Source: Escherichia coli (GTDB lineage Bacteria > Pseudomonadota > Gammaproteobacteria > Enterobacterales > Enterobacteriaceae). From it: a DNA stretch of 64,000 bases. Location of the stretch: assembly GCF_030013205.1 (NCBI RefSeq), contig NZ_CP122648.1; one strand, 5' to 3'. The notes under the pieces are model-generated. The model did no database searches and was not told the origin of the DNA. It saw only the letters and a list, made by a program, of their open reading frames with translations. The translations under genes were made by a program, and so were the position numbers. Shown in pieces: positions 12,501 through 23,399 of the stretch; the stretch's first letter is position 1; every line of letters starts with the position of its first letter.

Positions 12501-13449
12501 GTTGTGCTGCCAGTCGGGTTGCCAGTTCCGGCAGCGTTTCTTGCGCCTCAATATGAATACCCAACGGCAAAACGTTGAGCACGGGTCCGGTAGCCGTCAG
12601 CGCCGCCGAGCCCAGTCGACGCATAAAGATAAATCCGGCAGCGTAGTCCATGCGATTGCACAATCGCCCCAGCCACAAGGCTGCCAACGCAAGGGCTAAA
12701 TCGGTACGCTGCACACCTGAAAGTTGCGTAGCCAGCTGGCGGAATTCCCCGTCAGTAAATTCCAGTTTCAGGCGAAGAATATCTGCCGAAGCGCTGCGCC
12801 CCGGTAAAGGTGCCGGAGAAAGTGACGCGGGCGGTGGCAGTTGACGACGCTGTTCCGCCCAGAATGCCGCATCACGCTGCCAGGCTTCACTTTCGCGGTA
12901 CTGCTGATACTCTTCCACTACATCAGCGAAAGGCGTAAACGGCGAAGCAGGCGTTGGTTCGCCACGCAGCCATGCGCAGTAAATATTGGCGATCTGGCGG
13001 GTAATGGCCGGGAAACTGAAGCCATCGACCAGCAAATGGTGATAACGCTGATACCAGTACCAGCGGTTATCCGCCACCAGTATCAACTGATGAAAGACCA
13101 GTGGTTTACCGCTATCGACGCGCAGATCTTGTTGCAATTCCGCCTGCATTAATGCCCGCGCAGTACCGTGCGGATCAATGTTGGTTCGCAGGTCGATAAT
13201 TTCTGGCAGTTCGAACGTCAGCGCATCATCGACCCACTGCCAGACTTCGCCGTTATCTTCCGTAAAACGCATCCGCAGCGTATCTGCTTGCGCTAATCCG
13301 GCAACCACCGCGCGGGCCAGTAATGGCGCATCAACCTCTCCGGTTAACTCAACGTAATGCGCCACGCTCCAGGCGGAGGGTAAATCCGACAGTTTTTCTG
13401 CCATCCAGATGCCGGGCTGTGCAGCGACCAAAGGTAAATGCTGGCTCAT
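9568..13449 (-). CDS. entF: enterobactin non-ribosomal peptide synthetase EntF (C-A-PCP-TE)
   Basis: ORF 9568..13587; start chosen at MSQHLPLVAAQPGIWMAEKL (1293 aa); adenylation motif TSGSTGRPKG and thioesterase GYSLGG seen. Confidence 0.95.
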   Translation of the reverse strand: MSQHLPLVAAQPGIWMAEKLSDLPSAWSVAHYVELTGEVDAPLLARAVVAGLAQADTLRMRFTEDNGEVWQWVDDALTFELPEIIDLRTNIDPHGTARALMQAELQQDLRVDSGKPLVFHQLILVADNRWYWYQRYHHLLVDGFSFPAITRQIANIYCAWLRGEPTPASPFTPFADVVEEYQQYRESEAWQRDAAFWAEQRRQLPPPASLSPAPLPGRSASADILRLKLEFTDGEFRQLATQLSGVQRTDLALALAALWLGRLCNRMDYAAGFIFMRRLGSAALTATGPVLNVLPLGIHIEAQETLPELATRLAAQLKKMRRHQRYDAEQIVRDSGRAAGEEPLFGPVLNIKVFDYQLDIPGVQTRTHTLATGPVNDLELALFPDEHGDLSIEILANKQRYDEPTLIHHAERLKMLIAQFAADPALLCGDVDIMLPGEYAQLAQINATQVEIPETTLSALVAEQAAKTPDAPALADARYQFSYLEMREQVVALANLLRERGVKPGDSVAVALPRSVFLTLALHAIVETGAAWLPLDTGYPDDRLKMMLEDARPSLLITTDDQLPRFADVPDLTSLCYNAPLTPQGSAPLQLSQPHHTAYIIFTSGSTGRPKGVMVGQTAIVNRLLWMQNHYPLTGEDVVAQKTPCSFDVSVWEFFWPFIAGAKLVMAEPEAHRDPLAMQQFFAEYGVTTTHFVPSMLAAFVASLTPQTARQNCATLKQVFCSGEALPADLCREWQQLTGVPLHNLYGPTEAAVDVSWYPAFGEELAQVRGSSVPIGYPVWNTGLRILDAMMHPVPPGVAGDLYLTGIQLAQGYLGRPDLTASRFIANPFAPGERMYRTGDVARWLDNGAVEYLGRSDDQLKIRGQRIELGEIDRVMQALPDVEQAVTHACVINQAAATGGDARQLVGYLVSQSGLPLDTTALQAQLRETLPPHMVPVVLLQLPQLPLSANGKLDRKALPLPELKAQAPGRAPKAGSETIIAAAFSSLLGCDVQDADADFFALGGHSLLAMKLAAQLSRQFTRQVTPGQVMVASTVAKLATIIDGEEDSSRRMGFETILPLREGNGPTLFCFHPASGFAWQFSVLSRYLDPQWSIIGIQSPRPNGPMQTAANLDEVCEAHLATLLEHQPHGPYYLLGYSLGGTLAQGIAARLRARGEQVAFLGLLDTWPPETQNWQEKEANGLDPEVLAEINREREAFLAAQQGSTSTELFTTIEGNYADAVRLLTTAHSVPFDGKATLFVAERTLQEGMNPERVWSPWIAELDIYRQDCAHVDIISPGAFEKIGPIIRATLNR

Positions 13450-13664
13450 TGCGCCTCCTGCAACTGGGTGAAATTCGACGGTGTCAGAGTACGCCAGTGG
13501 GCTTCCAGCCACTGCTGGCAGGACGCCTGTGACTGCGGCTGACACACAACGTCCCAGCCTGCCGGTAAGGCGCATTGTTGCGGCCACAGACTGAATTGCC
13601 CCTGCGCATTGCGCAAAATGTAAAACGCTCCCTGCGGATCATCGAAGGGATTACTGAATGCCAT
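13446..13664 (-). CDS. ybdZ: MbtH-like protein YbdZ
   Basis: 72-aa product MAFSNPFDDPQGAFYILRNAQGQFSLWP…; overlaps the entF start by 4 nt. Confidence 0.93.
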   Translation of the reverse strand: MAFSNPFDDPQGAFYILRNAQGQFSLWPQQCALPAGWDVVCQPQSQASCQQWLEAHWRTLTPSNFTQLQEAQ

Positions 13665-13666
13665 AT

Positions 13667-14869
13667 TCAACTCCTGTCATGGAAAAGTGGTTGCCAGAGG
13701 TCGATTAGCCCCTGCATCAAGCCACCGCGCCAACAAAGCGCATCATGTCCGCCGTCAACCTGACGCCAGAAAATGGATTCTTTTATGGGGTGTAATTGCG
13801 CATACAGCGCCTGATTGGCCCGCATGATCATCGGCTCGCGAATACCCGCTTCCAGCACAATGCGCAGACCTTCGGCGCTAACTTCACCAGCTTTAAGTTG
13901 CTCAAGTAACACGCCCTCTTGCTGCCCGCCCCGATGCGGCCACCAGTACGATCCTGACTGGCTTAATACACAGCCAAAGCGTTCAGGCCAGTTTAGTCCG
14001 GCATACAGCGCAGAAAGCCCACCAAAACTCTGCCCGGCGACCACGGTGCGATCGGCGCGATCGCTAAAAGGGGCAATAGCTTTCACCAGGGGTAATAACT
14101 CTTGCTGTACTGCCAGCCAGAAATCCGCATTACACGGCAGTTCGTGGGCGCGGTGCGGGGTGTCGATAGCGTCGATCAACACATACACGGCGGGAGGAAG
14201 TTGCTGACGATGGGTCAGCGAAGTTAGCGCAGGCCAGACGGGCATACTCTGCGCCCAAAATTCGCCATCAAGCAAAACTGCCAGCGGGCGTTCTTCTGCT
14301 GTTGCATCGCCGGTGGTAAAAATCCATACACGGCGTGAATTTTTCAGCCGCTCACTTTTCCAGATAATTTCTTTGACAGGCGTTTCTGGCGCTTGCGGAC
14401 AATCCCATCCCGGTTGCAGAGGCGCTTGCGGCATTTCGAGTGCAGAAACAGCGTGCCCTCGCCCGCCTTTCCAGCTTTGTGGATTCAGCGGATCGGCTAT
14501 CGCCTGGGGTAATAGTTTTCGCCAGCCTTCACGTAATTCGAGGCGATCGGGGGATGGTGCAGAAAAAATGTCATCGCGTTCGGTGGGAATAAAACAGTAG
14601 CTGCCGCGCCAGTTGGCATTAAGTTGTGTCGTCCACTGCCAGACGTTGGTACCTGCAATTCGCTGCATCGACTGGGGCTGGCTGTTCTGATGGTGATCGG
14701 TCACACCAGTGATGTAGACCCATACGCGCTTTATCGTCGAGTATTCTTCAGAACCTTGGGGATCACGCCACCAGAAAGTGACCTCAAACATTTCGTCATT
14801 CAGACGCTGCCATTCCGGGCCATGTTTCGACTGCCACCAGCTCTCACTTCCTACTTTTAACGCCGTCAC
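13667..14869 (-). CDS. fes: enterochelin esterase Fes
   Basis: 400-aa ORF MTALKVGSESWWQSKHGPEWQRLNDEMFEV…; esterase GQSFGG motif. Confidence 0.95.
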   Translation of the reverse strand: MTALKVGSESWWQSKHGPEWQRLNDEMFEVTFWWRDPQGSEEYSTIKRVWVYITGVTDHHQNSQPQSMQRIAGTNVWQWTTQLNANWRGSYCFIPTERDDIFSAPSPDRLELREGWRKLLPQAIADPLNPQSWKGGRGHAVSALEMPQAPLQPGWDCPQAPETPVKEIIWKSERLKNSRRVWIFTTGDATAEERPLAVLLDGEFWAQSMPVWPALTSLTHRQQLPPAVYVLIDAIDTPHRAHELPCNADFWLAVQQELLPLVKAIAPFSDRADRTVVAGQSFGGLSALYAGLNWPERFGCVLSQSGSYWWPHRGGQQEGVLLEQLKAGEVSAEGLRIVLEAGIREPMIMRANQALYAQLHPIKESIFWRQVDGGHDALCWRGGLMQGLIDLWQPLFHDRS

Positions 14870-14914
14870 ACCATAACCCCATGTTTACTGTGCAATTTTT
14901 CATTGATTGCAGAA

Positions 14915-14957
14915 ATATATTGATAATATTATTGATAACTATTTGCATTTGCAATAG
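14915..14957. promoter_or_regulatory. overlapping Fur boxes in the divergent fes / fepA promoter region
   Basis: attgataatattattgataactatttgcatttgcaatag carries tandem GATAAT…ATTATC-like hexamers. Confidence 0.75.
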
Positions 14958-15111
14958 CGTAATGGCGCGCCGTGGGAAGCGCGGACATTAATTAACCAAC
15001 TGCACTACGTGTCTTTCAGGATCAAAGGTTTTCGCGGTAGCGGGATGCGTCGTGTTGATGACGACCATGCCCGACAGTTGCAATTCGTGGCAAAAATGCA
15101 GGAATAAAACA

Positions 15112-17352
15112 ATGAACAAGAAGATTCATTCCCTGGCCTTGTTGGTCAATCTGGGGATTTATGGGGTAGCACAGGCACAAGAGCCAACCGATACTCCTGT
15201 TTCACATGACGATACCATTGTCGTTACCGCCGCCGAGCAGAACTTGCAAGCGCCTGGCGTTTCGACCATCACCGCAGATGAAATCCGCAAAAACCCCGTT
15301 GCCCGCGATGTGTCGGAGATCATCCGTACCATGCCAGGCGTTAACCTGACCGGTAACTCCACCAGTGGTCAGCGTGGGAATAACCGACAGATTGATATTC
15401 GCGGTATGGGTCCGGAAAACACGCTGATTTTGATTGACGGCAAGCCGGTAAGCAGCCGTAACTCGGTGCGCCAGGGCTGGCGTGGCGAGCGCGATACCCG
15501 TGGTGATACCTCCTGGGTGCCACCTGAAATGATTGAACGTATTGAAGTTCTGCGTGGTCCGGCAGCGGCGCGTTATGGCAACGGCGCGGCGGGCGGCGTG
15601 GTTAACATCATCACCAAAAAAGGCAGCGGCGAGTGGCACGGCTCCTGGGACGCATATTTCAATGCGCCAGAACATAAAGAGGAAGGTGCCACCAAACGCA
15701 CTAACTTTAGCCTCACCGGTCCGCTGGGCGACGAATTCAGCTTCCGCTTGTATGGCAACCTCGACAAAACTCAGGCTGACGCGTGGGATATCAACCAGGG
15801 CCATCAGTCCGCGCGTGCCGGAACGTATGCCACGACGTTACCAGCCGGGCGCGAAGGGGTAATTAACAAAGATATTAATGGCGTGGTGCGCTGGGACTTC
15901 GCGCCTCTGCAATCACTCGAACTGGAAGCGGGCTACAGCCGCCAGGGTAACCTGTATGCGGGCGATACCCAGAACACCAACTCTGACTCCTATACCCGCT
16001 CGAAATATGGCGATGAAACCAACCGTCTGTATCGCCAGAACTACTCGCTGACATGGAACGGCGGCTGGGATAACGGCGTGACCACCAGCAACTGGGTGCA
16101 GTACGAACACACCCGTAACTCGCGTATTCCGGAAGGTCTGGCGGGCGGTACCGAAGGGAAATTTAACGAAAAAGCGACACAGGATTTCGTCGATATCGAT
16201 CTCGATGATGTGATGCTGCACAGCGAAGTTAACCTGCCGATTGATTTCCTCGTTAACCAGACGCTGACGCTGGGTACGGAGTGGAATCAGCAACGGATGA
16301 AGGACTTGAGTTCCAATACCCAGGCGCTGACCGGGACGAATACCGGCGGTGCTATTGATGGTGTGAGTGCCACCGACCGTAGCCCGTATTCAAAAGCAGA
16401 AATTTTCTCGCTGTTTGCCGAAAACAACATGGAGCTGACTGACAGCACCATCGTAACGCCGGGGCTGCGTTTCGATCATCACAGCATTGTTGGCAATAAC
16501 TGGAGTCCGGCGCTGAACATCTCGCAAGGTTTAGGCGATGACTTCACTCTGAAAATGGGCATTGCCCGTGCTTATAAAGCGCCGAGTCTGTACCAGACTA
16601 ACCCGAACTACATTCTCTACAGTAAAGGTCAGGGCTGCTATGCCAGCGCGGGCGGCTGCTATCTGCAAGGTAATGATGACCTGAAAGCGGAAACCAGCAT
16701 CAACAAAGAGATTGGTCTGGAGTTCAAACGCGACGGCTGGCTGGCGGGCGTCACCTGGTTCCGTAACGATTATCGCAATAAGATTGAAGCGGGCTATGTG
16801 GCTGTAGGGCAAAACGCAGTCGGCACCGATCTCTATCAGTGGGATAACGTACCGAAAGCGGTGGTTGAAGGTCTGGAAGGATCGTTAAACGTACCGGTTA
16901 GCGAAACGGTGATGTGGACCAATAACATCACTTATATGCTGAAGAGTGAAAACAAAACCACGGGCGACCGTTTGTCGATCATCCCGGAGTATACGTTGAA
17001 CTCAACGCTGAGCTGGCAGGCACGGGAAGATTTGTCGATGCAAACAACCTTCACCTGGTACGGCAAGCAGCAGCCGAAGAAGTACAACTATAAAGGTCAG
17101 CCAGCGGTTGGACCGGAAACCAAAGAAATCAGCCCGTACAGCATTGTTGGCCTGAGCGCGACCTGGGATGTGACGAAGAATGTCAGTCTGACCGGCGGCG
17201 TGGACAACCTGTTCGACAAACGTTTGTGGCGTGCAGGTAATGCCCAGACCACGGGCGATCTGGCAGGAGCCAACTATATCGCCGGTGCCGGGGCGTATAC
17301 CTATAACGAGCCGGGACGTACGTGGTATATGAGCATTAATACTCACTTTTGA
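15112..17352 (+). CDS. fepA: TonB-dependent ferric-enterobactin outer membrane receptor FepA
   Basis: ORF 15052..17352; start chosen at MNKKIHSLALLVNLGIYGVAQA (746 aa); C-terminal aromatic residue (…SINTHF). Confidence 0.95.
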   Translation: MNKKIHSLALLVNLGIYGVAQAQEPTDTPVSHDDTIVVTAAEQNLQAPGVSTITADEIRKNPVARDVSEIIRTMPGVNLTGNSTSGQRGNNRQIDIRGMGPENTLILIDGKPVSSRNSVRQGWRGERDTRGDTSWVPPEMIERIEVLRGPAAARYGNGAAGGVVNIITKKGSGEWHGSWDAYFNAPEHKEEGATKRTNFSLTGPLGDEFSFRLYGNLDKTQADAWDINQGHQSARAGTYATTLPAGREGVINKDINGVVRWDFAPLQSLELEAGYSRQGNLYAGDTQNTNSDSYTRSKYGDETNRLYRQNYSLTWNGGWDNGVTTSNWVQYEHTRNSRIPEGLAGGTEGKFNEKATQDFVDIDLDDVMLHSEVNLPIDFLVNQTLTLGTEWNQQRMKDLSSNTQALTGTNTGGAIDGVSATDRSPYSKAEIFSLFAENNMELTDSTIVTPGLRFDHHSIVGNNWSPALNISQGLGDDFTLKMGIARAYKAPSLYQTNPNYILYSKGQGCYASAGGCYLQGNDDLKAETSINKEIGLEFKRDGWLAGVTWFRNDYRNKIEAGYVAVGQNAVGTDLYQWDNVPKAVVEGLEGSLNVPVSETVMWTNNITYMLKSENKTTGDRLSIIPEYTLNSTLSWQAREDLSMQTTFTWYGKQQPKKYNYKGQPAVGPETKEISPYSIVGLSATWDVTKNVSLTGGVDNLFDKRLWRAGNAQTTGDLAGANYIAGAGAYTYNEPGRTWYMSINTHF

Positions 17353-17390
17353 TGCTAACGTCAGATTGTTGACAAAGTGCGCGTAGTTCA

Positions 17391-17490
17391 TGCCGGATGC
17401 GGCGTGAACGCCTTATCCGGCCTACAAAAATCTTGCCAATTCAATATATTGCAGGACCACGTAGGCCTGATAAGCGTAGCGCATCAGGCA
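17391..17490. repeat. REP / BIME-type extragenic palindromic repeats between fepA and entD
   Basis: tgccggatgcggcgtgaacgccttatccggcctac and inverted gtaggcctgataagcgtagcgcatcaggca are typical REP units. Confidence 0.7.
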
Positions 17491-17526
17491 GTTTTGCGTT
17501 TGTCATCAGTCTCTAATATGGTCGAC

Positions 17527-18147
17527 ATGAAAACTACGCATACCGCCCTCCCCTTTGCCGGACATACGCTGCATTTTGTTAAGTTCGATCCGGCGAGTTT
17601 TTGTGAGCAGGATTTACTCTGGCTGCCACACTACGCGCAACTGCAACACGCTGGACGTAAACGTAAAACAGAGCATTTAGCCGGACGGATCGCTGCAGTT
17701 TATGCGCTGCGGGAATATGGCTATAAATGTGTGCCCGCAATCGGCGAGCTACGCCAACCTGTGTGGCCTGCGGGGGTATACGGCAGCATTAGTCACTGTG
17801 GGACTACGGCATTAGCCGTGGTATCTCGTCAACCAATTGGCATTGATATCGAAGAGATTTTCTCTGTACAAACCGCAAGAGAATTGACAAACAACATTAT
17901 TACACCAGCAGAACACGAGCGACTCGCAGAATGCGGTTTAACCTTTTCTCTGGCGCTGACACTGGCATTTTCCGCCAAAGAGAGCGCATTTAAGGCATCG
18001 GAGAGACAAACTGATGCAGGATTTCTGGATTATCAGATAATTAGCTTGAATAAACAGCAGATCATCATTCGACTAGAGGATGAGCAGTTTGCTGTGCACT
18101 GGCAGATAAAAGAAAAGATAGTCATAACGCTGTGCCAACACGATTAA
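17527..18147 (+). CDS. entD: phosphopantetheinyl transferase EntD
   Basis: ORF 17377..18147; start chosen at MKTTHTALPFAGHTLHFVKF (206 aa); the upstream part of the ORF lies inside the REP repeats; alternative start MVDM at 17518. Confidence 0.9.
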   Translation: MKTTHTALPFAGHTLHFVKFDPASFCEQDLLWLPHYAQLQHAGRKRKTEHLAGRIAAVYALREYGYKCVPAIGELRQPVWPAGVYGSISHCGTTALAVVSRQPIGIDIEEIFSVQTARELTNNIITPAEHERLAECGLTFSLALTLAFSAKESAFKASERQTDAGFLDYQIISLNKQQIIIRLEDEQFAVHWQIKEKIVITLCQHD

Positions 18148-18268
18148 TTGACAATACCCGGAGCGATTCGCCCGCAGCCAATGCTGACTGCGGGCGAAAG
18201 TGTAAAGCAGGTGCCTTACTACTCTGACCTGACAACCGGATATGCGGGGATTACTCCCCGCACAACGG

Positions 18269-18421
18269 CTACTTCTTCGGTTCGTAAGCGAGAACAGCCT
18301 TAAACTCAATATTACGTTCCTTCACCGTAAACTCACACAGCGAGTCTCCGACCAGAAGCGTAAATCCCAGCACCGTTAAACACAGCACTATGACTGCCAC
18401 AAGGGCATATTTCGTCAGCAT
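18269..18421 (-). CDS. hokE: Hok-family type I toxin (HokE-like), copy 1
   Basis: 50-aa product [50 protein letters not shown]. Confidence 0.88.
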   Translation of the reverse strand: MLTKYALVAVIVLCLTVLGFTLLVGDSLCEFTVKERNIEFKAVLAYEPKK

Positions 18422-18566
18422 GTTTATATTGCCTCCATGCGAAGAAGGGACTACCATCCGAGTTGTTGAGGTTCGGAGTGGCAGCCCCAGGATTGATAGA
18501 AATATCTCCTGGGGCTTCATCTTTCCAGACCTCAGAGTTAACCTGAAACCGGAAAGCTTCAGGCAC
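18333..18566 (-). CDS. mok-like overlapping reading frame (modulator of killing), copy 1
   Basis: 77-codon [35 protein letters not shown]… starting upstream of hok and ending inside it in a different frame, as expected for mok. Confidence 0.5.
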   Translation of the reverse strand: MPEAFRFQVNSEVWKDEAPGDISINPGAATPNLNNSDGSPFFAWRQYKHADEICPCGSHSAVFNGAGIYASGRRLAV

Positions 18567-18600
18567 CCGCTGTTATCTTACCCTTCCTTAGCAAAATAAC
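18530..18600 (+). ncRNA. candidate Sok antisense RNA, copy 1 (position approximate)
   Basis: Inferred from hok/sok architecture only: antisense to the mok translation-initiation region; no promoter or terminator mapped. Confidence 0.25.
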
Positions 18601-18771
18601 TGTTTATTTATACAGCAAGTCCTGTTTCGGACTTCTGTTGGCAACACTCGTTATTGCTCGTAAAACGAAATCGCCCGCAGCCATCACTGACCACGGGCGA
18701 AAGTGTAAAGCAGGTGCCTTACCACCCTGACCTGACAACCGGATATGCGGGGATTACTCCCCGCACAACGG

Positions 18772-18924
18772 CTACTTCTTCGGTTCGTAAGCGAGAACAG
18801 CCTTAAACTCAATATTACGTTCCTTCACCGTAAACTCACACAGCGAGTCTCCGACTAGAAGCGTAAATCCCAGTACCGTCAAACACAGCACTATGACTGC
18901 CACAAGGGCATATTTCGTCAGCAT
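18772..18924 (-). CDS. Hok-family type I toxin, copy 2 (identical protein)
   Basis: Same 50-aa Hok sequence; here the upstream mok frame is fused in frame, giving a 98-codon ORF 18772..19068. Confidence 0.8.
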   Translation of the reverse strand: MLTKYALVAVIVLCLTVLGFTLLVGDSLCEFTVKERNIEFKAVLAYEPKK

Positions 18925-19029
18925 GTTTATATTGCCTCCATGCGAAGAAGGGACTACCATCCAAATTGTCTGGTTTGGAGTGGCAGCCCCAGGGTTGATA
19001 GAAATATCTCCTGGGGCTTCATCTTTCCA

Positions 19030-19100
19030 GACCTCAGAGTTAACCTGAAACCGGAAAGCTTCAGGCACCCGCCGTTATCTTACCCTTCTTCAGCAAAATA
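19030..19100 (+). ncRNA. candidate Sok antisense RNA, copy 2 (position approximate)
   Basis: Inferred by analogy with copy 1. Confidence 0.2.
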
Positions 19101-19355
19101 GCTGTTTATTTATACAGTGAGTCCTGTTTCGGACTTCTCACTCCTCATTTGATCAACTGAAGCTGAACCCGTTTTTTTCTGCATGCCTCAATCGTCAAAA
19201 TTCTTCGCCACCAGTCCGCACTGCCATAACTTGTCATATTGCAAAATGTAGCCAATTTGCTTCAGTCACCATCATCAAAAAAAGAAACATTCCAGAACTT
19301 CCGCATCTCGCCCAGTCGCTCCCACTTCTATACTGAATAGAAAACGCCAACATAA

Positions 19356-20483
<1,128 letters not shown>

Positions 20484-20548
20484 GCCGGGAATTGCCTTAC
20501 AGAAGAATATCCCTGACAATGGTGTTTTAACTTACATTTAACAATGTT

Positions 20549-20797
20549 ATGAAACACCCTTTAGAAACCTTGACCACCGCAGCAGGCATTTTGCTGATGG
20601 CTTTCCTTTCTTGCCTGCTGCTGCCCGCCCCCGCACTGGGGCTGACGCTGGCACAAAAACTGGTGACCATGTTCCATCTGATGGATCTTAGCCAGCTTTA
20701 CACTTTATTGTTTTGTCTGTGGTTTTTAGTGCTGGGCGCTATTGAGTATTTTGTTCTGCGCTTTATCTGGCGACGCTGGTTCTCGCTGGCGGATTAA
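20549..20797 (+). CDS. ybdJ: small inner-membrane protein YbdJ
   Basis: 82-aa ORF with two hydrophobic helices ([28 protein letters not shown]…). Confidence 0.85.
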   Translation: MKHPLETLTTAAGILLMAFLSCLLLPAPALGLTLAQKLVTMFHLMDLSQLYTLLFCLWFLVLGAIEYFVLRFIWRRWFSLAD

Positions 20798-20861
20798 ACG
20801 TCGATTATCGCCGAACTTCGCGGCATACTTTGCTTATTCTCCTTCGCCTAAAGGAACGTTT

Positions 20862-21230
20862 ATGGATAAGCAATCACTGCACGAAACGGCGAAACGCCTG
20901 GCCCTTGAGTTACCCTTTGTCGAGCTTTGCTGGCCTTTTGGCCCGGAGTTCGATGTTTTTAAAATTGGCGGCAAGATTTTTATGCTGTCGTCGGAGCTGC
21001 GCGGCGTCCCCTTTATCAATCTGAAGTCCGATCCACAAAAATCCCTGTTAAATCAGCAGATATACCCGAGCATTAAACCAGGATATCACATGAATAAAAA
21101 GCACTGGATTTCGGTTTATCCCGGCGAGGAAATCTCCGAAGCGTTACTTAGCGATCTGATCAACGATTCGTGGAATCTGGTGGTTGATGGTCTGGCTAAA
21201 CGCGATCAAAAAAGAGTGCGTCCAGGCTAA
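20862..21230 (+). CDS. ybdF: uncharacterized protein YbdF
   Basis: Start chosen at [30 protein letters not shown] (122 aa) inside ORF 20742..21230. Confidence 0.85.
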   Translation: MDKQSLHETAKRLALELPFVELCWPFGPEFDVFKIGGKIFMLSSELRGVPFINLKSDPQKSLLNQQIYPSIKPGYHMNKKHWISVYPGEEISEALLSDLINDSWNLVVDGLAKRDQKRVRPG

Positions 21231-21323
21231 AGCGGAAATCTATAGCGCATTTTTCTCGCTTACCATTTCTCGTTGAACCTTGTAATCTGCTGGCACGCAA
21301 AATTACTTTCACATGGAGTCTTT

Positions 21324-21977
21324 ATGGATATCATTTCTGTCGCCTTAAAGCGTCATTCCACTAAGGCATTTGATGCCAGCAAAAAACTTACCCCGGAACA
21401 GGCCGAGCAGATCAAAACGCTACTGCAATACAGCCCATCCAGCACTAACTCCCAGCCGTGGCATTTTATTGTTGCCAGCACGGAAGAAGGTAAAGCGCGT
21501 GTTGCCAAATCCGCTGCCGGTAATTACGTGTTCAACGAGCGTAAAATACTTGATGCCTCGCACGTCGTGGTGTTCTGTGCAAAAACCGCGATGGACGATG
21601 CCTGGCTGAAGCTGGTTGTTGACCAGGAAGATGCCGATGGCCGCTTTGCCACGCCGGAAGCGAAAGCCGCGAACGATAAAGGTCGCAAGTTCTTCGCCGA
21701 TATGCACCGTAAAGATCTGCATGATGATGCGCAGTGGATGGCAAAACAGGTTTATCTCAACGTCGGTAACTTCCTGCTCGGCGTGGCGGCGCTGGGTCTG
21801 GACGCGGTGCCCATCGAAGGTTTTGACGCCGCCATCCTCGATGAAGAATTTGGTCTGAAAGAGAAAGGCTACACCAGTCTGGTGGTTGTTCCGGTAGGTC
21901 ATCACAGCGTTGAAGATTTTAACGCTACGCTGCCGAAATCTCGTCTGCCGCAAAACATCACCTTAACCGAAGTGTAA
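21324..21977 (+). CDS. nfsB: oxygen-insensitive NAD(P)H nitroreductase NfsB
   Basis: Start chosen at [30 protein letters not shown] (217 aa) inside ORF 21273..21977. Confidence 0.95.
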   Translation: MDIISVALKRHSTKAFDASKKLTPEQAEQIKTLLQYSPSSTNSQPWHFIVASTEEGKARVAKSAAGNYVFNERKILDASHVVVFCAKTAMDDAWLKLVVDQEDADGRFATPEAKAANDKGRKFFADMHRKDLHDDAQWMAKQVYLNVGNFLLGVAALGLDAVPIEGFDAAILDEEFGLKEKGYTSLVVVPVGHHSVEDFNATLPKSRLPQNITLTEV

Positions 21978-22036
21978 TTCTCTCTTGCCGGGCATCTGCC
22001 CGGCTATTTCCCCTCAGATTCTCCTGATTTGCATAA

Positions 22037-23332
<1,296 letters not shown>

Positions 23333-23341
23333 TTAAAAAAA

Positions 23342-23368
23342 CCGCTCTCATCGAATGGATGAGAGCGG
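23342..23368. terminator. bidirectional intrinsic terminator between mscM and pheP
   Basis: ccgctctcat-cgaatgg-atgagagcgg hairpin (10-bp stem) flanked by an A-run on one side and a T-rich tract on the other. Confidence 0.7.
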
Positions 23369-23399
23369 ACATCGTTTTGTCGGATGTAGCGTGAATGCC

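Larger units (their letters stand above)
18169..18640. repeat. hok/sok locus, tandem copy 1 (first unit of a ~503-bp-period direct duplication)
   Basis: Near-identical to 18672-19140, beginning cgcccgcag…gggcgaaagtgtaaagcaggtgcctta and ending …gtcctgtttcggacttct. Confidence 0.85.
18672..19140. repeat. hok/sok locus, tandem copy 2
   Basis: Direct repeat of 18169-18640 with scattered substitutions and a 1-nt indel near 18966. Confidence 0.85.

Noticed and set aside
7267-13587. Upstream-extended start codons suggested by the ORF track for fepC (7267), fepE (9404), entF (13587), ybdZ (13670), fepA (15052), nfsB (21273) and others
   Set aside because: The extensions overlap upstream genes or add non-native residues; internal starts matching the known protein N-termini and translational-coupling overlaps were used
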